Virus record (IMG/VR): IMGVR_UViG_3300030406_003150
Span: 14,122-78,121 of that record
From: a virus
Length of the DNA stretch: 64,000 bases
Reading direction: 5' to 3' (one strand)
The notes under the pieces are model-generated. The model was not told the origin of the DNA. It saw nothing but the letters and a program-made list of their open reading frames with translations, and searched no databases. Below are positions 22,481 to 29,643 of the stretch, in pieces. Position numbers and translations under genes: made by a program. The first letter of the stretch is position 1. Every line of letters begins with the position of its first letter.

Positions 22481-22943
22481 TTTCTACTGTGTAGTAAACT
22501 CTATTCTTTTCGTCTCTGCGGGCTCGCTTAATCTGTTTGCGATTCTGTCCCACAGACTTATATGAGATATGCACCCAGTTGGGTTCTTCATCATCCCCGA
22601 ACTCCCAGATCATTTGGTCCCACACGAGGTTGTCTTTCACGAAGTTGAAGATATCTGCATTCGTGATGCGTCCGTATACGTCGGCATCCAGGTCGAGCGC
22701 CTCGCCCACCATGTGCTGAGAGTACTTACTCCCGCCGATGGCTTTGTTTAGCTGCTTCCCTCTGTATCCAGAGCTCACGGCGATAGGCACACCGAAGTGA
22801 TCGCGGATAGGTTGGAATACATTCTCTGCTACGGCCTTGAGGTTTTCGATCTCCCAGTCTTCTGGGGTGTTGTCAATACCGAGGCGGCTGGCCGTGTTTG
22901 ACTTTACGACCTCCTTCAGTGATAGGTTTTTGCTTAACTGCAT
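22473..22943 (-). CDS. Peptidase M15 family endolysin
   Basis: SSGYR...N..IGG...SQH..GEALD...WVHIS zinc-peptidase motifs. Confidence 0.85.
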   Translation of the reverse strand: MQLSKNLSLKEVVKSNTASRLGIDNTPEDWEIENLKAVAENVFQPIRDHFGVPIAVSSGYRGKQLNKAIGGSKYSQHMVGEALDLDADVYGRITNADIFNFVKDNLVWDQMIWEFGDDEEPNWVHISYKSVGQNRKQIKRARRDEKNRVYYTVENA

Positions 22944-23012
22944 TTTTTTTTGCTACCCAGCTAGGGTTGATTCGTTTTAATTTAGGGTTGAAGTAGTTTT
23001 TGCTACCCAATA

Positions 23013-23501
23013 TCAGCTAGCTATAAATACTTCTAGTTGAGCTGTGGCGTTTTCATCATTAATAGCGATGATGCTCTCAAGATCTACCAAACTACCTATC
23101 GCAGTAGCAGTAGCAGCGTCATCATCTACTGCTGCGACCCCTACAGCCTTACCCAACATAAAGCTTTTACCAGCTTCTAACAATATCGTCGCCTGAGTAC
23201 TCGCGGCAGCACCGCCGTTTGCTGCAAGCTGTAGAGAAAGAGTCACAGAGTTCGTACTCTCTAAGTTCGTTACTCTTACATACTTGACGTCATCGTCATC
23301 TAAAGCGCCATCCGCCGTAGTAACGTCAGTTCTAAAGTTGGCTATCGTAGTTTGAGTGGCAGATCCTCCCCCGTCAGCAGGTAAAGTGACAAGTCTTTTG
23401 AAAGACTGTGTAACACTAGCAATATTTAGCGTGTTTGTTGCACCCTGCTGAGTGCCATTGAGCGAAAGCTCTTCTCTAATTGTTACAGTGAGTACTCCCA
23501 T
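23013..23501 (-). CDS. Putative virion beta-sandwich protein
   Basis: YVRVTNLE motif resembles 62421..62828 and 62828..63223; TATATTTG 4 nt upstream. Confidence 0.55.
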   Translation of the reverse strand: MGVLTVTIREELSLNGTQQGATNTLNIASVTQSFKRLVTLPADGGGSATQTTIANFRTDVTTADGALDDDDVKYVRVTNLESTNSVTLSLQLAANGGAAASTQATILLEAGKSFMLGKAVGVAAVDDDAATATAIGSLVDLESIIAINDENATAQLEVFIAS

Positions 23502-23513
23502 GCAACAAATATA

Positions 23514-23642
23514 CTATTTTTTATTCTTAAAGAATTCAATCTGTCGCAAGCGCTTCAGTGCAGCCTTCTTAGTCAAGAATTTACCTAGCAACTTCCCCTT
23601 CTTACTGCGGATCTCGTAGGTATTCTTCCTTTTTACTATCAT
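23514..23642 (-). CDS. Small basic protein
   Basis: MIVKRKNTYEIRSKKGKLLGKFLTKKAALKRLRQIEFFK; probable start 23642. Confidence 0.45.
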   Translation of the reverse strand: MIVKRKNTYEIRSKKGKLLGKFLTKKAALKRLRQIEFFKNKK

Positions 23643-23773
23643 GACAGTCCTTGTGCCTTTACAGCTCGTATGGTTTGATTGACGTGGGATTATTTTAAAG
23701 TGCATACGCACTCATAAATTTACCAATGTAGCATTTAAAACAACTTATTGTGTCACTTCACTAACAATGTAGG

Positions 23774-23804
23774 CAAAGTTACAGCTTTTTTTTTAAAAAG
23801 TCAA
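23774..23804 (-). promoter_or_regulatory. Leftward promoter TTGACT-N17-TAACTTTG
   Basis: Same architecture as the three early promoters. Confidence 0.7.
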
Positions 23805-24232
23805 GCCATAAAGTAGATTCTAAGTAAAGAGTCTTATGTGTTTGTAATACAGCATCTTACTAGATTTAAAAAGTGGACACATATATACCCCTTCTCTCGC
23901 CAACACGCCTCCCGTCTTCTTTTTTTTGGTAGAAATACAGATCTGGGGGATTATATATGTATGTACACACACGCGCACGCACACCAAAACCGCCTGCGTA
24001 ACCCCGCCCCCATAATGCGGCTGCAGTTTGCGCGTAGTTTTTTGGCTTTTGTGCTGCCACAAGTAACTAAGAATCAGCAGGTTACAGCATCCAGTTGAAG
24101 CAACGGTTGAATTTATGGACGCTAACTGGCTGAAAGAGAGGCAGAACAATCCCCTCACCTACACACATACTTGCGCACATATACACGCACACGTAGGTAC
24201 ACACACACATCACACACGCATAGTGAGCGCAC

Positions 24233-24271
24233 TGTGGGCACATAGCGGGTGGTGTGGGCACACAGCGGGTG
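24233..24271. repeat. Tandem 19-nt direct repeat TGTGGGCACAYAGCGGGTG
   Basis: Copies at 24233-24251 and 24253-24271 with one mismatch. Confidence 0.8.
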
Positions 24272-24387
24272 ATGATGCGCTGTAATGCGCTATGATGCAG
24301 GCACACATACAAGCCAGACCCAAAAAAATTTTGCCTCGGAAAGCCCAGTGTTTGCAGGGGTTTCAGCGATGCGACCAAAAAAAGTGC

Positions 24388-24418
24388 TTGACAAAGGTGT
24401 TTCGATTCCCTACCTTTG
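24388..24418 (+). promoter_or_regulatory. Early promoter P1 TTGACA-N17-TACCTTTG
   Basis: Bacteroidota -7 box plus TTGACA, preceded by an A-tract. Confidence 0.8.
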
Positions 24419-24458
24419 TCGCCGTCGGCAACGTCGCTGACCTCAAAATCTCTTACCT

Positions 24459-25076
24459 ATGGCAAACGCCACATACACTCCCACACACTGCCCACAGACA
24501 GGGCGCAAGTTCACCAAGGCTGAGCGCAAGGCCGCTAACAAGGCGAAGTACGCTGCTGAGCGTGCTGCTCAGGCTGCATCGAAGCCCAAGTCCAAGCGCA
24601 AGGCCAAGGCGCAAAAGGCCTCACCCAAGCCCACGAAGGTGAGCGTACCCACTCGCAAAGCGAAGCTGATGCGTATGACCAAGGCTCAGTTGGTTGACCT
24701 CATCATCGGCGCTGAACCACCAGCACCCAAGCGCAAGCCCAAGGCGAAGCGCAAGGCTGTAGCGAAAGGTCGCAAGGCCTCACCCAGCGAGCGTGTAGCA
24801 GACAAACAGGAGCGCGGGGCACACGGTGCGAAGGGTGTCGGCCCAATCGAGCCGCAGCCTGAGGGTCACACGTCAGACGTGAAGCAAGCACGTAAGGCGA
24901 CGGAGGCGATGGGGGAGCGCAACCGCCGCAAGCATGCGAAGAAGCTGGCTATGCGCTGGGCATTTGCACCGAACTACGGTGGCATGTTCCTTGAAGGTCA
25001 GCAAGCGGAGTTGCAGCGCCTGCTCGGTGACGTGGATGTGTCCACCTACGAGGACGTAATGGCCGCTGTACTCTAA
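24459..25076 (+). CDS. Lys/Ala-rich histone-H1-like nucleic-acid-binding early protein
   Basis: KA/KP-rich low-complexity tracts flanking a LMRMTKAQLVDLI helix. Confidence 0.55.
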   Translation: MANATYTPTHCPQTGRKFTKAERKAANKAKYAAERAAQAASKPKSKRKAKAQKASPKPTKVSVPTRKAKLMRMTKAQLVDLIIGAEPPAPKRKPKAKRKAVAKGRKASPSERVADKQERGAHGAKGVGPIEPQPEGHTSDVKQARKATEAMGERNRRKHAKKLAMRWAFAPNYGGMFLEGQQAELQRLLGDVDVSTYEDVMAAVL

Positions 25077-25088
25077 GCCTGTCGAATC

Positions 25089-25688
25089 ATGGTAAGTTTC
25101 AGCACACTACCGCTCGCTACAGTCACACGCCACACCAAGGCGTGGGCTGGGCGGGCATCCGATCACGAGCGCGAGGAAGGCTTGCGCTGGTACAAGGAAG
25201 CGATGGAATTCGCTGAATACCTGTCGATTACGTTCAACATCTCAAAGGTCGTAGCTGCGGGCGTGATAAGCGCCCTGAGCCCGAACAACAAGTGGGAGCG
25301 CAACAAAATCGATGCATTCAACCTGATTCAGGCATACGTAGACGGTCGCACGATGGATGATGTGAGCGTGTGTACGTACACGAACAACAAGCGCCGCGCG
25401 TGGGGCATCCTGAGCGGTGACGTGGAGATGCTACGCAAGGCACGCAAGACCCACGCATTTGCGCTGAATGTGGGTGCGATGGATGAATCTGTCGTTACCA
25501 TTGACAAGTGGATGCTCCGTGCGTTTGTGACTACGTCGCTCAAGCCCAAGGACGTGCCTACTACGTGTACTCCCGTGCAGTACGACCGTCTGAGCGCTCA
25601 CTTCTGCAAGGTGGCGCGTGCTATGGGGTACAAGCCCTACGAGTTGCAGGCTATCATATGGGTCACCATTCGTAATCGATGGCTCTGA
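25089..25688 (+). CDS. Conserved phage protein, HhH-glycosylase-like (DUF7178-like)
   Basis: G..WY, AGVISALSPNNKWERN, VTIDKWM, ELQAIIW motifs. Confidence 0.55.
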   Translation: MVSFSTLPLATVTRHTKAWAGRASDHEREEGLRWYKEAMEFAEYLSITFNISKVVAAGVISALSPNNKWERNKIDAFNLIQAYVDGRTMDDVSVCTYTNNKRRAWGILSGDVEMLRKARKTHAFALNVGAMDESVVTIDKWMLRAFVTTSLKPKDVPTTCTPVQYDRLSAHFCKVARAMGYKPYELQAIIWVTIRNRWL

Positions 25689-25722
25689 AACCCCAGTAAA
25701 TGCTGGCAAATCGAAAATAAAT

Positions 25723-25753
25723 TTGACAACGCTGTTTGGATTCCTTATCTTTG
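25723..25753 (+). promoter_or_regulatory. Early promoter P2 TTGACA-N17-TATCTTTG
   Basis: Same architecture as P1. Confidence 0.8.
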
Positions 25754-25782
25754 CAGTCCACGAAATCAAAATTCTCTTGCAT

Positions 25783-26022
25783 ATGGAAAACGCACCACGC
25801 TACTGCTCAATCACCAACGAACCTATGTGGGAAGGTTGGTACTTCGAAGGGATTGGGTTCTTCTACGTCAAGTACGAGAAGGATGCGCTCCGCATCTGCC
25901 AAGAACACGACTACGCCACGCTGGATGAGGCGTTCGATGACGAGTTCATGTACTGGACTGACTGGCACGACATCCCCAAGGACGAGTGGGACTTACCCAC
26001 GAACCTACCCAAGGTACACTGA
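25783..26022 (+). CDS. Small acidic early protein
   Basis: Start MENAPRY after an AAATCAAAAT leader; its stop TGA lies inside the hammerhead core. Confidence 0.65.
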   Translation: MENAPRYCSITNEPMWEGWYFEGIGFFYVKYEKDALRICQEHDYATLDEAFDDEFMYWTDWHDIPKDEWDLPTNLPKVH

Positions 26023-26062
26023 TGAGTCCTGAATGGACGAAACGCTGCGAAGCGTCTGTATC
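26013..26062 (+). ncRNA. Type I hammerhead ribozyme HH1 (predicted cleavage after GUC, C26056)
   Basis: GGUACA-CUGAUGA-GUCC(UGAAU)GGAC-GAAA-CGCU(GCGA)AGCG-UC-UGUAUC: complete core and three stems. Confidence 0.92.
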
Positions 26063-26080
26063 AATCAAAATCTCTCACAC

Positions 26081-26332
26081 ATGAGCAAATACGAAAACGG
26101 CTACCTGCCTAAGATTGCCTACCACATGTTCAAGGGCAATCAAGACCGAGTTGATTACTTCGTTCATCGACAACTGACCACGTACGGGCCAATCGAAGAC
26201 CGCCAGCGCTGGTGGGTAATCGAGGAAGTCCACCGACTCCGAGAACAACAAGCGAAGCCTAAGACCTTCGAAGATGCATTGGCACTCTGCCACAACAAAG
26301 ACGAGGTGCTGGCTCAACTCAAAAACCTCTAA
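26081..26332 (+). CDS. Small early protein
   Basis: Start MSKYENG after AATCAAAATCTCTCACAC; lies between the two hammerheads. Confidence 0.65.
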   Translation: MSKYENGYLPKIAYHMFKGNQDRVDYFVHRQLTTYGPIEDRQRWWVIEEVHRLREQQAKPKTFEDALALCHNKDEVLAQLKNL

Positions 26333-26382
26333 GGCACACTGACGAGGCTTGAATAGCCGAAACGCCGCGAGGCGTATGTGTC
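26333..26382 (+). ncRNA. Type I hammerhead ribozyme HH2 (predicted cleavage after GUA, A26376)
   Basis: GGCACA-CUGACGA-GGCU(UGAAU)AGCC-GAAA-CGCC(GCGA)GGCG-UA-UGUGUC; compensatory changes relative to HH1. Confidence 0.92.
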
Positions 26383-26401
26383 AAATCAAAATCATTACAC
26401 T

Positions 26402-26701
26402 ATGCACACAAGCATTCCCCGTCTACGTGCCCTGCACATCGAGTTCTTCGGCCCTACCAACACGAAGGGCGCACGAGTCCGCATCAAGGACGAACGCAAC
26501 AACGTCACCAAGTGGCTGGCATATGACTACGCTGTCGGAGATATCGTAGAGCAGTCGTATACGTACCTTGAGCAGCAGGGCGTAATCAAAGAGGGCACGG
26601 ATATGTGGGGTGACAAGGACGTCTACCCGATGCTGATTCTGCACGACACACGCCGAGGCTACACGCTGGGCGTACCTAACTTCGAAACCCCAATCAAATG
26701 A
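26402..26701 (+). CDS. Small early protein
   Basis: FFGPTNTKGARVRI motif; start MHTSIP. Confidence 0.6.
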   Translation: MHTSIPRLRALHIEFFGPTNTKGARVRIKDERNNVTKWLAYDYAVGDIVEQSYTYLEQQGVIKEGTDMWGDKDVYPMLILHDTRRGYTLGVPNFETPIK

Positions 26702-26765
26702 GTACAGCAATCCTTTGTGCCTACGCTGTGGGCACGGTAATCGTTACAATTCAATCCCTGAAAAA

Positions 26766-26948
26766 ATGATACGAAGCACTTTCGACAAGTGGATACACAA
26801 AGGCGAGGTCATAGGCAGCGTGCGTTGTGTGAACTACGCTAAGATGGCTTTGGCTGTCTGGGCGCAAGGAAGGGACGCAGATGCCTTCGTATATCTGGAC
26901 AAAGCAAAGCGAGAGTTTTACATCACGGCAGATGAACTGCCATTCTAA
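26766..26948 (+). CDS. Small early protein
   Basis: Probable start MIRSTF, ATGA-coupled to a 23-aa hydrophobic ORF at 26698..26769. Confidence 0.45.
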   Translation: MIRSTFDKWIHKGEVIGSVRCVNYAKMALAVWAQGRDADAFVYLDKAKREFYITADELPF

Positions 26949-26959
26949 ATCAAATCACA

Positions 26960-27250
26960 ATGAAAACACAACAACACATTGACGCGCTGTACGAACGGCG
27001 CAAGACAGCAGGCGGATTCGAGCAGGCGTTGATCGACGCATACTTGCGAGCCGATGGCGGCAATACAAGAATTCTCGAAGAGGCTTTCAAGGGTACTCGG
27101 TTTGACCTGACTCCGAAACCCAAGTTCAACAGCGGCGTGGAGACGCTACGCAATGCTGCGTACTGGTCAGGGCATCGTGACGAGTACCTGAACGACGACA
27201 AAACAGCCTACCAACTCATCGACGAATACCTGAATGAAAAAGAACAATGA
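26960..27250 (+). CDS. Small early protein
   Basis: GGFEQALIDAYLRADGGNTRILEEAF motif. Confidence 0.6.
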   Translation: MKTQQHIDALYERRKTAGGFEQALIDAYLRADGGNTRILEEAFKGTRFDLTPKPKFNSGVETLRNAAYWSGHRDEYLNDDKTAYQLIDEYLNEKEQ

Positions 27251-27369
27251 GAGCAATGACGGACTTATGGAGAGAAGGGTACGACTACCCAAGCGATGAC
27301 GATGATGCATATGAGTATGACATCATGGAGGAAGCAGACCGAGCATACGAATACGAAAACGATATATGA
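27247..27369 (+). CDS. 40-aa highly acidic peptide
   Basis: MRAMTDLWREGYDYPSDDDDAYEYDIMEEADRAYEYENDI; ATGA overlap with the upstream stop. Confidence 0.5.
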   Translation: MRAMTDLWREGYDYPSDDDDAYEYDIMEEADRAYEYENDI

Positions 27370-27370
27370 A

Positions 27371-27637
27371 ATGGAAACAAAATTCTTGAACGAACGATTA
27401 CCCATCCGCATAGGCACCAAGGTCGTGTATCGCGGTGGCTTTGGCTTCGAAGGCCGCAAGGTGGCGCGAGTCACACACATAGAGCAGACGTTCCACCCGA
27501 ACGAGAAGTACGGACACGAGGTGGACGAGGTGACATACTCGCAAGACCATTACGTACTCAATCTGGATGACGGCCACTGGTGTTACTCCCACCAAGTCGA
27601 TGGGGTCGTTGTAAATGACTGTGAATCAACCGATTAG
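27371..27637 (+). CDS. Small SH3-like early protein
   Basis: IGTKVVYRGGFG...V..I...LDDGHWCY; probable start METKFL. Confidence 0.55.
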   Translation: METKFLNERLPIRIGTKVVYRGGFGFEGRKVARVTHIEQTFHPNEKYGHEVDEVTYSQDHYVLNLDDGHWCYSHQVDGVVVNDCESTD

Positions 27638-27646
27638 AAAAAAAAC

Positions 27647-27677
27647 TTGACAACGGCGTTTGAATGTCGTATCTTTG
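27647..27677 (+). promoter_or_regulatory. Early promoter P3 TTGACA-N17-TATCTTTG
   Basis: Same architecture as P1 and P2. Confidence 0.8.
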
Positions 27678-27697
27678 CATCGTCAATCGATTACTGG

Positions 27698-27761
27698 TTG
27701 AGCTGTCCACTCAAGGTGGTGTATGTACTCCGACACATACGGGGCGAAAGCCTCGGACAGC
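27698..27761 (+). ncRNA. Structured 5' leader RNA, family unassigned
   Basis: GCUGUCC/GGACAGC, GUAUGU/ACAUAC and GGGGC-GAAA-GCCUC stems. Confidence 0.45.
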
Positions 27762-27793
27762 CTTCCACAATCACAAATCAAAATCTCTAACAC

Positions 27794-27991
27794 ATGGAAA
27801 AGCAAGAATACTTTTACTACTTCGAGAATGGCGGATGGAACTCAGAGTTCGCCACGTCTATCGAGGAGGCTCGGCAGATGGCTGAGGCACGATGGGCACA
27901 CTTGGACAGCCTGACCCCTGCACCTAAGACGTTCAAGCCCGTAAAGGGGAACGAGGAGCACTACAAGTCGCTGCTCAATATGTTCTACTAA
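27794..27991 (+). CDS. Small early protein
   Basis: 65 aa; conserved leader motif upstream. Confidence 0.6.
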   Translation: MEKQEYFYYFENGGWNSEFATSIEEARQMAEARWAHLDSLTPAPKTFKPVKGNEEHYKSLLNMFY

Positions 27992-27999
27992 TCACACAT

Positions 28000-28129
28000 A
28001 GCATTGACATATCCCGCATGAGGATGCGGTAAGGATGTGCCAAACCAACAAACGTTCCTTCTACCCGTTACCACGGGCTTATGGCAACGAGCGTGAGGGA
28101 TGGCGGTGGTTCGATCCCACCCTATGCTA
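28000..28129 (+). ncRNA. tRNA-like structured RNA (acceptor plus T arm around a long insert)
   Basis: AGCAUUG/CUAUGCU acceptor (6 of 7 pairs), GGUGG-UUCGAUC-CCACC T arm, two internal long hairpins. Confidence 0.5.
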
Positions 28130-28330
28130 CAACGGTACTCACCATTAAATCTGGTAGGTGAGCTAAGTCGATACCAGGACCACTGAGCGACACGTTAAAT
28201 CACCAGGAAGACCATTACCTGTGGTGTGAGCTATGGAATCATGAGGCTTGCACCTACGAGAGAGAAACTCTGCGTGGCGTGGATAGAAGGGATAAACAAA
28301 GCCGACCACATTAACTCAAAACTCTAACAC

Positions 28331-28477
28331 ATGAAAGACGAAATCATTGCCCGACTCGAATACTTCGAAGAAACCATTGCAGGTGAAATCGAAACTTGGC
28401 TAGACCCCGTGACGGGTGACTACTACCACGTACCTATAGAAATCGTGCGTGACTTTGACAACATCGAAAAACTCTAA
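28331..28477 (+). CDS. 48-aa acidic protein
   Basis: MKDEIIARLEYFEETIAGEIETWLDPVTGDYYHVPIEIVRDFDNIEKL; leader motif upstream. Confidence 0.55.
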   Translation: MKDEIIARLEYFEETIAGEIETWLDPVTGDYYHVPIEIVRDFDNIEKL

Positions 28478-28480
28478 CAC

Positions 28481-28696
28481 ATGAAAGTACTCCAACCAAC
28501 GTCAATAACTACAACAGGCACCCCAGTGAAGTGCCAAAGCATCTCAATCGACAGCAAAGAAATAGCAATCCTGTTCTTCGGAACACGAGAAGTGGACATC
28601 ATCGCCGTCCCTGAAGCCCACATCCCTATTGGGGACGTGGACGAGTACCTCGAAGAACTCGGATACAACTTATCAGAAATCCTTTACATGACATGA
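28481..28696 (+). CDS. Small early protein
   Basis: 71 aa; leader motif upstream. Confidence 0.5.
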   Translation: MKVLQPTSITTTGTPVKCQSISIDSKEIAILFFGTREVDIIAVPEAHIPIGDVDEYLEELGYNLSEILYMT

Positions 28697-28845
28697 CATA
28701 CGAACAATTTGAACTGCTCCGTAAGTGGGCAGAGCGTGTGGCTAACACAGCCAACGACACTGACACGAACATACGCTCCATCGATCTCGTGCATGACATT
28801 GCAGGAATTTTGGCTAATGACGAACACTTTTTGCCACGACTGTGA
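28693..28845 (+). CDS. 50-aa protein
   Basis: MTYEQF...DLVHDIAGILANDEHFLPRL; ATGA coupling. Confidence 0.5.
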   Translation: MTYEQFELLRKWAERVANTANDTDTNIRSIDLVHDIAGILANDEHFLPRL

Positions 28846-29075
28846 TAACTGGAGACCTCAACCTACAAGAGATGAGCAGACTGACACAAAGCAAGGGCGT
28901 GTGCCCGAACTGCAAGGCTGACAGCCACATCAGCTACAGCAAGCTGAAAGACCAGTACGACCCCGACCTTGTATACTTCGACGTCAAGTGCCACAACTGC
29001 GGTACTACGTGGGACGAGCATTACAGCCTCGTGTTCTTCGAACAAGACAACATTCAAATACCATCACAACAATGA
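28842..29075 (+). CDS. Zinc-ribbon protein
   Basis: CPNC...CHNC. Confidence 0.55.
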   Translation: MITGDLNLQEMSRLTQSKGVCPNCKADSHISYSKLKDQYDPDLVYFDVKCHNCGTTWDEHYSLVFFEQDNIQIPSQQ

Positions 29076-29479
29076 AATACTGGAACGAACAAGGACGATA
29101 CCAACAGGAGTACAACGCATACTGGAAGGCACTTGTACCCGACACAGGCGAAGCATCTACCACCGAAGGCGAGGCACTCCGAGCCATCAGCCGAATCTAC
29201 TACGATATCTACAACAACGGTGGCTGCAACATCCTCGAAAGCCAAGAAGTGTATGACGATGACGGCAACTACGAGTGCGATGAGCATTCAATCTCCTCGT
29301 TCTACGACAGCTTCTTTGATACTGTTGCCCGATTCACGGGGGACCACGACAACGTGCGTTTACTCAAGATGAAGGTGGAGGACTTGGGTGTGGACTACTG
29401 GCACAAAGACCTCGGAACTATGCTTGATAGCCTGATTGACAAAACCATAGAAAAGATTGGAACAGAAAAAGCAGCATGA
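29072..29479 (+). CDS. Conserved phage hypothetical protein
   Basis: YWNEQGRYQ...LVP..G...T.EGEALRAISRIYYD.YNNG. Confidence 0.6.
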   Translation: MKYWNEQGRYQQEYNAYWKALVPDTGEASTTEGEALRAISRIYYDIYNNGGCNILESQEVYDDDGNYECDEHSISSFYDSFFDTVARFTGDHDNVRLLKMKVEDLGVDYWHKDLGTMLDSLIDKTIEKIGTEKAA

Positions 29480-29643
29480 CACATGAACAACTCCAAGAAA
29501 TCTTCGGCCTCGAATGGATTGACTACCTCGACTATTTGTGTGAAGAGTAGTGCAAACGAAGATCCCGCGAAGGATTTCAACGAGTGGATGCAGCACGTCT
29601 ACTCACAAGTCAAAATCAATTACGAACGTAAACTCAAAATCTC

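Noticed and set aside
24233-24271. CRISPR-like array
   Set aside because: Only two adjacent copies with no spacer, and no cas genes.
23820-24378. ORFs 23820..24158, 23838..24098 and 24082..24378
   Set aside because: They translate low-complexity CA/TG tracts (CVCVY-type) in a promoter region.
26033-26080. N-terminal extensions of the ORFs at 26033, 26378 and 25618
   Set aside because: They run through ribozyme or promoter sequence; the downstream ATGs carry the conserved leader motif.
28130-28180. Theta (HDV-like) or pistol ribozyme after the tRNA-like element
   Set aside because: I could not build the P3/L3/P1.1 nested pseudoknot or the pistol P2/P3 core. Reported only as an unassigned pseudoknot.
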